From Camelus dromedarius (lineage: Eukaryota): a stretch of 64,000 nt of DNA. The stretch covers positions 14,634,001 through 14,698,000 of the forward strand of contig NC_087437.1 in the NCBI RefSeq assembly GCF_036321535.1. The letters are read 5' to 3'. A program made the position numbers and the translations under genes. Positions 26,409-40,366 of this stretch are shown here, one piece after another; position 1 is the stretch's first letter, and every line of letters starts with the position of its first letter. The notes beneath the pieces are model-generated. The model was not told the DNA's origin. It worked only from the letters and a program-made list of their open reading frames with translations, and made no database searches.

Positions 26409-28350
26409 GTGCAGCAGCCCTCGCTTTGCCGTTCCTTCCTTTTGTCTCTAAATTATCCACGTACAAATATATATTATAAATGTCATCTTTGTGTAACCCT
26501 GACTTGATGATAAAAAGTTTTCAGCTTTTTTTTTTCCTAAGAATTGTCAACATCTTTTTTATAAGTGTGGTTAGAAAAAAAAAATTTACAGAACGATCCG
26601 TGGCTTTATAAAATAAAGGTATTTCTAAGCAAAGCAGTTGCATTGATTGCTTCTCTTAATAACTTGTCCCAGCAGCCCCAGGCAGGGGAGGGAAGAGACT
26701 GACTGCACCAGTGGATGTTACAACGGCCTCTGAGCGCTTCTTAAAGCTCTGGTTCCTCTCCACTCAGTGTGAGGGACCCCATTTCTGCCCCTTCGTATGC
26801 ACACCAGCGGAGGGAGCTGGGCCACCTAGAGGGACGCGACAGACTCATGTGCAAAGCAGGAAGAGGGAGCATCTCATCACCCCAAGGACGAGCACCCTGA
26901 ACCTCGCTGTTGGCTGTCGAGTGTCATTCCATCCAAGGTTTGGACGCAGGCAGCAGCATGCAGCCCACAGGAATGCACCGAGGACGTCAGGCATCCTCGA
27001 GCCACGTCCCCCTAACATCCCACAACAGGGAGCTTCCACTGTGCTCACAGCAGGACTGCTTTCCCTGGCGACAGAAGGCTCCCCTCCAAGCACATCCCTG
27101 TGTCCTCTCCACCACCCACATCTGCAGTGGACACTCGTGCCTTCTCTGGAGAGGGTTTGGATGTGGGTCCCAGCACTGGAGCTTTGGAATACTCGCCCTG
27201 CTTCAAGGATCCAAGGTTTATTAGGGTTCACCTTGTTTCCTGGAAAGGCCATCACATCACGCTCTTGAGGAACGTGTTTGTGGAAGAAACCTTGACGTGT
27301 GGAGCTGTCGTTTCTAAACCTGCCTCCTGCGATCTTAAAAAAACAAGACTGCCAAAGGTGATGGCTCAGGAGAAGACATCACTGTATCCATGCTCAGGGC
27401 TGCAGACCTGCTTGGGGGTCACAGCGGGACGTCTTCCTCATTGTCCCCTCCATCGGTGGTCGCCTGCTGCCTCCCTCACCCAAGCTGCGTTCAACTCAGC
27501 TCAGCCAGCAGGGATCAGACCCTCAGAGATGCTAGAGGGGCTTCCAGAGATGGCTGTTCTCCACTTTTTCCCTAATAGATAGTGGCTGGGAGAGATGGTA
27601 ACTGCTTTGACACTTCCTTTCTCTAAAAGAAAAATAGTTTGATAGTATATTTTGAATATAGATGTTCTTATAGTCAGATTGGGACCTGAACTTGAATGTT
27701 GACTCTTACATCCGTGTTGTTGCTGTGGTCTTTTTATCATATCTCTTTTCTTTCTTCCTACGTTTTCCTTAAAAAAAAAAAAAAAGATGGCCTTGAAAAA
27801 TGTGTGTTCTCAATGTCCTATGAACCTACTCAACGTTCAGTTTGGTAATTGTCTTTCTTCAGAGACTCTTCAGCCCACGAGAAGCAGGTTATGTGTTGCT
27901 CTGAGACTCATTTCCCAGTCTGCTCCTGTCTGCCCCTCAACCTTATCATAATATTTCTGTCAGTGATTGCATTTAATATATCAATGTGTGTGTGTGTATA
28001 AAGATATCTGTTTGTAAAGTAAAACGTATATATAATATATGTAATCAGAGGTACATATGTTATATATACATACGTGGGATGTGTGACTTATTTTTCCTTA
28101 TCCACAGAATTCAGCTCCCATGTATATATAAATAAACCTATTTTATTAGCCAGAGGATTAAGTTGCTAATACCTTTTGCATTCTTTTCATTTTTAAATAA
28201 CTTTTTCGCCTTCCTTAAGTACCTGCACCACCAGTCCTGTAGTTTTTAATCGATTTTAACAGTAAGTTGGGTTTTATGAGAGTGATGAGCTAATAAGATT
28301 AGCCATTTATCATTTGATAAAATAAATCTTTTGGAACATGTTTGAGATTT
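26409..28350 (+). other. TMEM108: TMEM108 3'UTR (3' end approximate)
   Basis: Repeat-poor sequence with AU-rich blocks after the stop codon. AATAAA at 26612, 28131, 28321 and a further one at 28719. Confidence 0.65.
28131..28136 (+). terminator. Candidate polyadenylation signal of TMEM108
   Basis: AATAAA directly preceded by TGTATATA (contains a UGUA element) and followed by T-rich sequence. Alternatives at 26612, 28321 and 28719. Confidence 0.5.
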
Positions 28351-30029
28351 TTCCCCCCAAAACTCATTTGTCTTCAGGTCCTTGGAGACATTGATGTTAA
28401 TTAAGATACACCGCTCCTCCCCCTCCCCTTCCCCGTGCTCGGGCTGTATTGTAAATATCTTTGGTCAGAGAAATCTGAGTTAACCTGATCCCCAAGTGTC
28501 ACATCCCGTCCAGTAACAGTGCCTCAACCTGGCACCTTTGCAAACAACTTAGTCAGTGGCTTGAGCCCTCATTTAGCCTTGGACAATAGATGCTGGAATT
28601 CTTGCAGCTCCTGGGACCCCGGCAGTGTCACCTGTGTTCAAAGGATGTTATTATAACACTGTCTCCTGGGCACCATGGCCCTTCAGGGGGCACCAGAGGC
28701 AGTGTTCACAGCAGGAAAGCCACTTCTAAATAAACAAGAGACACTACCAGCCTTTACTTGTTCAGGCTAGTTCCTTAATCTGTTCATCATATAACCAACA
28801 CTGATATTTATAAAGTACCCTGCATGTCATCTCAAATAGACAAAGTAGAAGGGGGGGAAAATGGAAGAGTACGTAGAATATTCCAGTAGGTGACCAGGGC
28901 TCTTAACTCTGCTGGTGTGAACTTGGGCAGGCACCCTGTTCTCTGGGTGCTGGGAGACAGCGGGGGTCCTAGATACACCATGGCCTAGGAGTCAGAAGAG
29001 GCTTTCTCATCCAAGCTTGCTGCTTTCTAGACAGGGGACCTTGGGCAAGTCACTGCAGCTCTCCGGGCCCTCAGCACACAAGGGAGAAGCGCCGATCACA
29101 GGGCGTGTGACGATACTCTGGAGTTGTGCAGTGCGCAGCCCACAGGGCAGTGCACGTCCACCCTGAGCCTATCTCCTCGGGTGGAACTGAGAACTCAGTG
29201 AAGGATGGAAATCTGCACAGCACCAGATGGAGTCAGTCCTCACTAGCAGCTGACCCCCTGCCCCTTCTCTCCTGGAGGCTGCTCCCACGTTGCATGATCT
29301 GGGATAAATATCCATCTGTGTGTTTTGGTCACTTTGTATATCTAAGACAGAACTTAAATGCAGTGGGTTTAAGGTGCATTTTGTTATCCTGGGGCCACAA
29401 GATCCTTTCTGGATACTGAGGGCATGAATTAAAGCCCAGGGAGGGGGTGTCATCAAATCCTAACTTGGAGCACCCTTTAAGCTCTTACTGGAAAGCCTCT
29501 TTGTTTTTATTTATGAGTTTTCTGGCAGACAGGGAAACAGAGGTGTAGGGAACATCTGATACATAATAAGTGACCAACGTGTGTGGGACCAGAATTTACC
29601 CACGGTCCCTTGTCTAGTGGGTGTTGGTTAGAGCCCAGGTCAGTCCAGAAAGGTGAAGCAACATGGCCAAGGTCAAGCAGCTGCTGAACACAGTGCTGGA
29701 GGGAGGAAAGGTGCTAGGGAGGGACCTGAAGCTGCTGCCTGGACGGAGGGAGGGTGAAGGAACCAACAGGCTTAGTTTGTTTCTCTTGAGTCCCTGGGGC
29801 TGCTGCCCACCAAGGCGGGTTCACAGCCATCTCTGTCCACACTTACACATTCACACGTTCACACACACAGCACAGGTAAGGATGTAGAAAGCCCTAACAT
29901 CGGCCCTGGAACACCTGGAGCCAGTCCTGGCTCAGCCACACTCTGTACTTGCAATTTAAGCTCTCTGAGCCTCAGTTTACTCATCTGTGAAATGGGGCTG
30001 CTGGCTGCCTGCCTAACCCTCTCTTAGCT

Positions 30030-30342
30030 CGTGAAATACACAAGCAGATGAGCCACCCCAATGGCCTGCACTGATCCAACCTCCCCACCACCCGCAGAAA
30101 AATCTGGGAGGTCAGGCACATGACCCTGCGGAGAATGCATGAGCTCCTCTCGGCACACAGCCCTGGGCGGGCCATTTCCCTTTCAGCTTGGTGAATGGTG
30201 GAAACTCATAGAAAACAGCAGACAAAGCAGCCTTGGCATAGGGAAGCTTCCAGAGAGGCCCAGTCACGGGGACACTGGGGCTGGAAACCAAAAGCCACTG
30301 GGCTCTGTAAACCCACTAGGCACAGCAGAGGCAGAAGGGGTG
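30030..30342 (+). promoter_or_regulatory. BFSP2: BFSP2 proximal promoter / 5'UTR region
   Basis: Lies directly upstream of the exon 1 ATG. Contains CCAAT near 30058, TATA-like CATAGAAAA near 30207 and a heat-shock-element-like gGAAgcTTCcaGAGa at 30242-30256. The TSS cannot be determined from sequence. Confidence 0.55.
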
Positions 30343-30831
30343 ATGAGCGCGAGGCGAGTGGTGGTGGAAGTGCCCGCGGGCACCAGCTCCAGCATGTCCC
30401 TCCAGAGGCACAAGGCATCCTTCAGGGGAGCACAGTCACCATCCTCCCTGGACAGCCTCCCGGCCTCCAGGACCATCACCGTGGGTGGTCTCGTCCGAGC
30501 ACCCAGGGTCTATGTAGGGATGACACCCAGTGGGCCCACAAGTGGCCTGGGTGCCCGTGTGACCCGCCGGGCCCTGGGCATCAGCAGTGTCTTCCTGCAG
30601 GGCCTGCGGAGCTCAGGCCTGGCCACGGCACCCGCTCCTGGCCTGGAGAGGGACCTCAGTGCCGTTGAGGACCTGGGGGGTTGCCTGGTGGAATACATGG
30701 CCAAGGTGCACGCCCTGGAGAAAGTCAGCCAGGAGCTGGAGGCACAGCTGCGGATGCACCTGGAGAGCAAGGCTACGCGCTCAGAAAGCTGGGGTGCCCT
30801 CCGGGCCTCGTGGGCCAGCAGCTGCCAGCAG
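30343..30831 (+). CDS. BFSP2: BFSP2 (phakinin/CP49, lens beaded-filament intermediate filament protein) coding exon 1
   Basis: [96 protein letters not shown] is the head domain plus the divergent coil-1A motif typical of CP49. ATG at 30343, 489 nt (163 codons), strong donor CAG|GTGAGT at 30832. I did not find exon 2 in the window. Confidence 0.96.
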
Positions 30832-31014
30832 GTGAGTGCCTGGGAAAGGATGCTGACAGCTGCCTGCTGCACCATCTCCGGGGGGTCAGTATCAGAGAGC
30901 AAGAGTGCTGAGGCAAGGGACAGGGGAGTGAGTGGTCTGAGGCCAGAGAAACTGACCCTTACACTCTCATGCCAAAAATATCAACGACAGTGATAGCAAC
31001 GATGACAATGGCTA

Positions 31015-31250
31015 CCATTTTACTGAGCTGTACGCAGGGCCAGGCCCACGCCAGGCCCTCTGCAGGCACTACCTCCTCCAGCGTTCAAAGCGATGCCACG
31101 CAGTGGTTCAGTCGTAGATTGCGTCTTTAGAGGAGAAAACTGAGACACAAAGAAGTAATGTGCCCCAAATCTCACAGCCAGAAGGGGGATGGGGCTGAAA
31201 TTTGAACCTGAATTCTTTTGGCTCCCGAGTTTGCTTTTGTCCCATCAGCC
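31015..31250 (-). mobile_element. MIR SINE
   Basis: accattttactgagc..gaggagaaaactgagacaca..gtgccccaaatctcacagc..tttgaacctg. Confidence 0.65.
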
Positions 31251-31377
31251 TGGGCTGGCTCTGTAACTTTTGTGTTAAGAAAGAGTTTTTATAGCCATCA
31301 TCAAACGGAACACCAGCGAATGGGTGTGGTGTTAAAAATGATGGATAAACGGAGGTGGTTTCTGTACCCATCTTTAC

Positions 31378-31743
31378 AGCACTGTCCGATAGAAATCTGA
31401 GCCGTGTAGGTAATTGACAAGTTTGCTACCCACAGTAATAAAAGTAAAGAGAAACAGGTGAAGTTAGTATATCTTATTTAGCTCAATATAGTTTAAAGGT
31501 TATTTCAATATGTAATCAATAGAAAAAGTACCAATGAGATAACTTACATTCAAATAGAACTTCCTGCAAAGATGGAACTGTCCCATGTCCGCACCGTCTG
31601 GCCTGGTGGCAACCTATGGCTATTGAGCACTTGACATGTGGCTAACGAGACTGAGGAACTAAGATTTTCTTTTCTTTCAAATTTCATTCATTTAAATTTA
31701 AATAGCCGCATGTGGCCAGGGGCTATGTTATCGGCCAGAGCAG
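31378..31743. mobile_element. hAT-Charlie DNA transposon remnants (MER33-like joined to MER3-like)
   Basis: cagcactgtccgatagaaat..aaagtaaagagaaacaggtgaa; tggctattgagcacttgacatgtggcta..gactgaggaactaa..aatagccgcatgtggc. Confidence 0.7.
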
Positions 31744-34700
31744 GACGCAGATGTTTCCCCTCTGCCCTTGCTTGGGCAGGACCTGCTCTCCAGGGTGGTT
31801 CTGCAGGGCGCCATGTTCATCCGTCATGTCTGCCCGCAGCCTGTGGTTCTGATGCTGGGGCTTCAGCCAGCTTTGCACATCTCATCTGTCTCTTTGTGGG
31901 CGGCTTCTCCTCCCCTCCTCCCACAAGTGCTGGCCTTGGCATCCCTCTGAGCTAAATCAGCCTCTAGCCCAGCTGGGAACTGCCAGCTCAGACCCTCTGC
32001 ACCCTGGGGCCCAGCACGCAGCCCCCAGTGGAGGTCATGGAACTTTGTGTGTGGCTGGGTACTGCTGGACAGACATGCTCAGGGGCTCCCCATTTGTCCT
32101 TCTTAGCTCCCATTTCACCCCAGGTTGCTTCTCCTTCCCCACCGGCTGGTGCCCGGCTGATAGCACAGGACACATGACATCCAATATTGTCCCGTCCACT
32201 TTACCCCCGGAGCTGCTGTTCTGCCTACGTCCATCTGCGCTGTCAAGAGAGCCATCTTAGAGCAGTCTGGGGCCTGAAAGCAGGCAAATCTCAGGCAGCC
32301 ATTCCTCCAGGGTTCTCTCCAACAGTGCTAGTTCCAAATATTTGTATCCTGTAGCCCATCAGAACATCCCCAGATCTTCCAATATTCAGCATCTGTCAGA
32401 CAATTTCTTGCATTCAGATGCCACACAGACTTTTCATGAGAAGTCAAGCATCTCAATTTCTAGGTCAATAAGTATGGCCACAAAACATAGTCCATACTCA
32501 ACAGAGATTGACTTGGTTTGGCTCCAAGGGCTTGGGCAACTTACACAACTTCTCTGAGCCCTCAGTTTCCTTTCCTGTGAAATGGGTACCATAATGCTGT
32601 GGGTAATCTAGCAAATCTGCAGATAAGTAAGTTGCACGGGTCCTGCGTGCAGGTAGACACAGACTGGGAAACTACAACTTGACAGCAGTATATACACAGA
32701 GCTGCGGGCTGGACGCCAAGACATTCAACCCCCACCACCAGTGTCAGAATCCCAAATGCGGGTCATTTTCCTTTTAAGGGACTCTAAGTGAAATCCTAGG
32801 TATGAATACAGAGTTCTCTTTTTCTTCATTTTTTTTTAAAAACATGGACTTGAAGATACAGTTAGACCAACCTGTAAAATGGACTTATTTCTGTATCTCA
32901 CGGTCCAGTCTTCCAGCCATGTTTAGATCTTTTCCCTCCAAAAGAACAAAAGAAAATTCTACATATCTGAGAAATACACAGGATTTTTCCCTCTTTGCTG
33001 TTGCAAAACTGACCCACACTGCCTGCCCGCCTCCAGGTCTGCACATAGGGCTGTAAGAGGGCTTTGCTGGTATCTGCTCTCCACCCTGTCTCTCCGCCCA
33101 GTCACCATAATCATCTTTTGGACACATGGGATCTGACTGCATTATGTCCCTGCCCCAAACCCTCTGGCTCCTCATCACTGATAGGACATAATCCACAACT
33201 CTGGGCTCAGTCCACACGGCCCTTCCGAAGCCACCCCTGTCCCAGCCTCACCACCCACCTGGGAGTCCGTGAACATATCACTCACCTTCAGCCTCACTGC
33301 TCCTCTGAGATGCCTTCCTGCTCCTTCTATGATCTTGTGACAGCCTGTGCATGCATCCACTGTGGCAGTTACCGTGTTGTCCGTTGCATTTGCGTGTCTA
33401 GGACCTCACACTCCAGGCTCACTTAGGCAAGTGAAAAGGGCAGAAGCTGGGAGTCAGGGGAACTAGCATTGGGATGTTGGCTCTGCTGCCTACTAGCTGG
33501 GTGGCTTTAGTTCAGTGACTTAACTTCTCTGAGCTTGTTTCCTCATTTGCAATTTGGAGATCTCTGTATCTACTGTGCAGGACTGTTAAGGGGGGTTTAG
33601 TAAAATCAGCGGCTAACAGCCTAGAAAGACAGTTCCTTCCTGGCATTGCAGATACCTAGAGCCATGTATACCATCGACGCCCAACAATGGTGGGACCTCC
33701 CTTCAAATCCAAGCAAATGCCACTTGCTTAGACCAACCACTCATCTGCTTCGTGTCTGCCTTTCCCCATCTTCAAAATGGATACACACCTCTCAGGGTCA
33801 CTCTGAGCATGAAATGAAATAAGATGTGAAGAGGGAGGGGCTGCAGGCTGTGAAGGGCTGTGCACATGCAACGTGGCGTCCCCCGTCAGAGGGCCCATCC
33901 CCTGAGGGCTGGGCCTCAGGCCAAGGGCTGGTCCCCCTTTGGAGCCTTAACGGGACCCCTTCCCCCCAACCCCTAACAGTGCCCTCGTCACCCAAGATCT
34001 TTGTGGAGACAGCTTCCCCCTTAGCCCTATCCATCCCCAAATGGCAGGCACAACTGAGAAACAAGGCCCTTCCCACTGGGCAGTGGGGCCCCTGCCTTCC
34101 TGGGCGCTGGTCATGAAGCCCTAGACCTGCCCACCAGCCGGTCCCCACAGAGCTCAGGGAGGACCCACCCCACGCGGGCCCCTCCCCCTTCCCGGCCTAG
34201 AGAACAGCACCCCCCTCATCGCCCTCCCCACACCGCCCCCCACCATCTATTTCAGAAAGTGCTGCCTCCTGCTCACAGGGCCTCGGGGGCAGCCACTGTG
34301 CTGAGTGTTCCTGGGCTCCAGGATCCCAAAGCTCCCCTTCCTCTACCCTCACTTGGACCTCTGGGCTTGGAGCTTCCCACCCATCTTTCCAAACTCCTGG
34401 CCCCAGCATTCCTTACCCTTCACAGCACTCCCTTACCCACTCCCCTTGGCAGCCCATTTTCCTCCTTCTGCAACCAACCCCCCGCCCCTTGCGCACCTGG
34501 CAGAACTCCTCCTCATCCCTCAAGTCCAGTTCAAGGGCACCTCCACTGTGAAGCCCTCCCTGATCTTCTTTGCTTCTTCAGGGTCCACACTGTGCCTGAG
34601 GCTTGGGATAAGTTCTCAGTAACTGAACCCTGATGGGTCCCAGAGAGACATGTCACCTCCTCCTTAGGCGGGGCTCAAACAGAGGAGCGAACAGGGACCT

Positions 34701-37431
34701 CTGTCACTTGAGAGCAGGTTGGGCTGGGAAGTCCACGTCAGCTGGGGAGCAGTGGGGAAATTCAGAGTAAGGGACAAGCATAACTTCCTTGTATGTCTAC
34801 TTCTGTAGTTCTTCAAGAAAAGCGACAAAAGGGTTGGACAGGGATAGGGTCTGCCCTCCTGGCGAACACAGAGACAGCCCCGAGCCCTCCTGGGAAGGGG
34901 CCCTGCCCTGGAATCTCCCACAGCCCTGCCCGCCCCCACCAAGAGCTTCCACCCACCAACTGTGAGGACACAAAGGCACACTTCCAGAAAAACAAGGAAA
35001 AGGGTGAGGGGGGAGAAGGGATTGCTGTCACTGTGCAAAAAGCCACAGCATAGAAAGCAACCCAGCTCCGGGTGCAGGGGGTTTACACCAACTGGGTCCG
35101 GAGAGCAGCCCTGGGGACACCATCTCCATCCCCGTTCACTGTAGATGCGTACGAGCCTTTAGAGGACCTGGGGTCAGAGTCAGGGCCAGCTGCGTGGCCT
35201 GAGCCCATGTGGCCCTGTGGGGCCCTAGCTCCTTGGGGTTTAAGGCTCTGCAGCCACCATCTTGAAGCTCTCACTAGCTATGTCTCTGCATTTGTGTTTT
35301 GTAAGTGAAGTCCAACGGCACAGTGGAGCCTGTGTCGGGGAGTTGAAGCCTCGACTCAAATGGGGTCCCATTTCCCACTCTCCCTGGGACAGCCCAGTCC
35401 CACTCCCACAGAAGCCCCAGGCCCTTCTGGATCTCCACTCCTTACCCCACTCCCAGCAAAGCTTTGGTCGCAGGTGCAGGGAGGGCCAGGGAAGCAGCTT
35501 AGGGTGGGGCGTGGATCCAGGGTTGGCAGCGCTACAGTGCATCCAGCAGGGAGAGGGAGCACTTCTTGCCCACCTTTGATCCAGAGGCCTACAGAGTGGC
35601 ACTGAGGTTCAGTACTCTTGGGGGTCACTTGTCCTCCATGAGTTAGGGTGGCTGGTCTGTGGGGAAGGAAGATGTCTGGCTGGACTTCCCCGCCCTGGCC
35701 AGGACCTGGCACATCGTCCAGTGGCTGGAGGGAAGGGAAACCCAGTAGTGGTGGGCCACACGCACCCCAGATCATGGGGCATGGCCCCCCAGGTGCTTAC
35801 AAGGGTCACACCTGCCCCCTCAGTATCCCTGTGCCCGAGGGACTGCGAGATTAAATAGCAAAAATTACCATGACAGGTCAAGAGAAAGACCAAGAAGAAA
35901 GGAACAGGCTGTATATTTTAGCACCTTAAAAGACCCCATTTTTTCCTGCTTTTTGAATGAGAAGCTTGTATTTTATTTTGCACTGGGGCCCACAAAATTA
36001 TGGTCCTGGTTAGAGTTAAATGTACACAAAGTTCCTTTTCAAGTCCAAACCGCTCTCTCCACTCCTCAGCTATGTTAGAACTTCTCAGCCACTTCTGCTA
36101 AGCAGTAAAAACAGACGGAGAAACTCACAGGTGGTGGCCACAGAGGCCAAGGACGACCCGGGCACCAGCCCCCTGCTGGGCAGAAGGTGGCCCTTTCTCT
36201 GACTATTTTTGCCAAATGAGCGATACCGATGATGTGTTCTAGCCACCATATCAGGCCCTTTCATCCTTGAATAGGCCAAATGCAAGCTTGGAATTAGGCA
36301 GCCTCCCTGCCTCGGAACCACAGATAAAAGGAGAGTGGAGACGGAGGTTAGCCACAGAGTCTCCAAGCACAGGGGGCAGCGGAGTCCAGGGCCCGGAAGA
36401 TGCTAAGCCTGACTTGAATATTTTCCCTGCCGCTCACAGTCCCTCTTTCTGTCCTTGCGGGGTGGGGGTGGGGGGCATACTCTGGGGATCTGCCTATTTG
36501 GGGAAACTGCTGGAAAAGGCAATCTAGATCAGAGCCAGGTTTCTCTCCCCATAACACCTGTGGTCCTCACAGGTTTTAAAAAAAAAAAAAAAGGCACAAG
36601 AACTAATCTCTCCCTCCTGCATAAAATGAAAGGCAGCAGGGTCATTGTTCATGATTCAGAAACTGGTGTCCTTGCAAGGGAGAGGGAGAAAGAACCATGA
36701 ACGGTTTCAGTGTCTGCAAAAGCCGGAAGACATTTACCCAAGACAAACTACTCGGTCTATTTCTCCACAAATACAATTTGTCTGGTGAGAGCAGGCCAGT
36801 AAAGTAGTTACTCCGTTAGCCAATCTATAAAGGACACTGAAATATCATTAGAAATGTAACTACACAGAGAGAAATGGATTGAGGAGAATTCCTCTGAGGG
36901 CAAGTGGTGTATGAGATTGGAAGAAATACTCAGACGGACAGAGCAGGGGAGGGGAAGGAGGTCTGAGGCTCTTGGTCGAGGAATACAGGTGGTCACTAAG
37001 CTGCTTTTGAAGCTGATTTCCTGGGGGCTCTTCTTTTGCTCCATACAGTGTCTGGGAGAGAGCAAAACTGCTCAAGGAAAGAGGGGAGAGACTGAGTCCT
37101 GTCACTCGAGGCCTCTTTCTTTGCCCTCCCCAGATGCCAAGCTCAGACACTCTTAAACCTCTTAAGAGCTCTTAAAACGTAAGGTCCATGCTGAGGAAGA
37201 GGACGGGGAGTCTAGGAGGTGTGCTGCAAAGGCGGGAGATTTTGAAGCCAGAGAGCCCGGAGGTCAAACTCAGGCCCCTCATGACCCCGAGGCCAGCTCT
37301 TCCTTGATCTCTCTCTGTCTTGATTCCTCATCTGGATGAGGAGGATGTTTGGAGACTTCCTTGAATGATAAATTATCTCTAAGAAGAAAAGTCACTAGTG
37401 GCCTTCCTGCAGAAATTAAAAAGAAAGATGC

Positions 37432-37548
37432 AGTAACCTATAATGACAAAGAATATGAAAACGAATGTATGTATGCACAAGTATGCGGTAGAACAGAAAC
37501 TGACTCTAATTCAATTAAAAATAAGTAAATAAATAAATAGATAAGTAG

Positions 37549-37643
<95 letters not shown>

Positions 37644-37660
37644 AAAGGAAAGGAAAGAAA
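37432..37660 (+). mobile_element. Short younger L1 3' tail ending in a (GAAA)n microsatellite
   Basis: gtaacctataatgacaaagaatatgaaaac is shared with the copy at 52110. (GAAA)n at 37550-37645. Flanked by aagaaagatgc / aaaaggatgc. Confidence 0.7.
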
Positions 37661-38257
37661 AGGATGCCTACTCTCTCTACCAGTATGTAACAGTGATCAG
37701 AGGTAGCAGTCAATGCAATTAGACAAGAGAAAGCAATTGGAAAACACCAAGAATTGAAACAAAAGAAGGAAAACGTTGGTCTTTCTGGAAAGCCGAAAAG
37801 GATCCACGTGAAAACTGCACAATAAGCAACCGCATGATTTCAGTAAAGTAGCAGGTTATAAAAACACATTAAAGATCAAAGCCCCTCATATCTATAAACA
37901 TCCCCAAAAAATATAATGGAAGGGGAAATCTCATTTATGATAGCAAAAAATAAATAAATAAATAAAATGCCTTTAAATACACTTAACAGGAAATGTCCAT
38001 CATCTGTATGAGGCCACCATAAACCCCTCCTGACGGACACAATTGGAAAGAAGTACCATGTGCTCAAATATAAAGACTCAATAGCATAAAGATGTCAGTT
38101 CTCTCTATTAATTTATAAACTTCATGCAATCCTAATTTTAAAAATACCATAGTTGGGACTTTTCTTTTTTTTTAGAATTAGATGGGCTTATTATAAATTT
38201 CATTTGTAAAAACAAAAAGGCAAGAAGAACCAAAAAGGAAAACTAAAAAAGAAGAGC

Positions 38258-38400
38258 CTGGGGAGTGGGAGGCCATATAGCTCAGTGGTAGGGCATGTGC
38301 TTAGCGTGCACCAGGTCCTGGGTTCAATCCTCAGTTCCTCCGTTAACCCCCTCACCGAAAAAAAAGGTTAAAAAATTTTTTTTAATTTAAAAAAAAAAAA
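38258..38400 (+). mobile_element. tRNA-Ala-derived SINE (vic-1-like) nested in old L1
   Basis: tatagctcagtggtagggcatgtgcttagcgtgcaccaggtcctgggttcaatcctcag, poly-A tail, TSD agaagagc on both sides. Confidence 0.85.
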
Positions 38401-40321
38401 CAGAAGAGCAAGGGGAAGGGGAGTTCTCCCAGATAATAAAATATACTAGGAAGTCTTGATCATTAAGGCAGTTTTGTACTGGCACATGAAGGACAGAAAG
38501 GCCAATGGGACAGAAGACAAGATTCAAAAGTAGGCACCACTGCTGATGGAAATTTAGTATTGATAGAGGCAGCATTTGGAACCAATAGAGGATTCTTCAG
38601 TAAGTGGTATTCAGACAACTGGATATATTTTTTATATATAAAAAAATATATATTATTTTCGTCATAACGAAAATAATAAAATTGGATCTATCCCTCACTG
38701 TACCCTCAGATCAATTCCAAGTGTATCCTAGATTTAAAAGTAAAACAGGAAGTCATACAAGTAGAAAGTATGGGTGAATTCCTTTATAACCTGGGGTGGG
38801 AACATTTTTCCTTGATATAGTTCAAAGTCCAAAAGTAATTTGTTGATTCTGTTTTAAACATTGTTATCAATATTTAAAATTTGATTACCAAAAATAAACA
38901 TGATTACCAAAAACTTTCGAATTTGCATTGCAAAATAACACCATAAGCAAAACTAAAAGATAAATGACAAACTAAAAAAGAAGTATTTGCAACTTAGAAT
39001 ACGAAGGGTTAATATCCCTGATCTATAAGCAGCATTTAAAATCTGAGGTTTAAAAAAAATGCCAGCAACATTCTTATTTTTAAATAGGCTAGAGATATGA
39101 ACAGACAGTTGACATAAAAATAAATGAAGATGATTCTTAACCATATAAAAGGATGCTCAACTTCACTCATAACAGAGAAATACAAAAAATAAAACAAAAC
39201 AAAAACTTACTTGAGATACCATTGTCAAAACTCCACAAGTAGGTCAATCTATTTTGTGGGTGAAGCCGTAGGGAAACAGGCAAGGTCATACAGTTCTGAT
39301 GAGAATAAAATGTTACCACCTCTAGTGGAGAGGAGTTTGACAATATCGAGACAAATTTATATTCATTTCTGTATATGTAATTTGATCCAGCAGTCCCACT
39401 TCTAAGAATCTCTCCCACTGACATGCTGGCGAAAACCTGAACAAGAAGTATGCATAAGACCGTTTATTTCAGTTCTATGAATGATGGCAAAAGACTGGAA
39501 ACACCCCAAATACCTATCAATAGAGGGCTAGTTGAATAAAACAATGATGTATCTGCAAAAGGAATGAGGACTAGCTCTATAACTATTATGGAGTGATAAT
39601 CTCCAGGATATGCTGTTGAGATAAAAAGCAAGGTGGAGTGGGATGTCATTTTACCACTTATCTAAGAAAGAGGAAGGGATATGACTATATGCATATGTAT
39701 TTGCTTATAATTGAAAAAGTGGAAAAATCAAACTATGAATGTTTTTAAATGATCACTTACAGGAGAAGAGTAGAGGGAAAAGAAATAGACACTAAAGTTG
39801 TTTTAATCTCTCTTGTTATGTGGAGGTGACTTTGGAACCATGCAAACATTTTACAGAATTCTAAAACAAAATTAAATCTGAAAAAGCAAGCCCTAAAAAT
39901 CAAAAAGAGAAGGCAACAAATGAATCCAACTATGTATCAAACTGATGGTATAATCACACAGAGAAGAACTATTCCAAGTGACTTTTTAAACCATGGTAAT
40001 TTTTACTGTACATCCCTCGTGGGATGCAAAAGAGGACTGCAAAAAGGATCTTACATCATTTCAGTAATTATGTTGTGGGTGGTAGGTTAGTATTATTCAT
40101 TCTGACACTGGGATATGTGTGTGTGTGTCTTTGTGTGCGAGCATGCTGTGGGACAGAGCAAAAGAATCATTATATTTGTGTCATTGAGAACTGAGACTTT
40201 TAATGTGAGTGAAAGGGGACAGTTGTGAGACTGATAAAGTTTAGTGACAATTCTTTAGTCCAGAATTTGAATTGGAATTATCAGTATAAAATCACAATGT
40301 ATGTCAATATAAAATAAATAA

Positions 40322-40329
40322 ATATATAC

Positions 40330-40366
<37 letters not shown>

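Noticed and set aside
30832..30993. C-terminal part of the 284-aa ORF (VSAWERML...)
   Set aside because: Lies after the CAG|GTGAGT donor, so it is BFSP2 intron 1.
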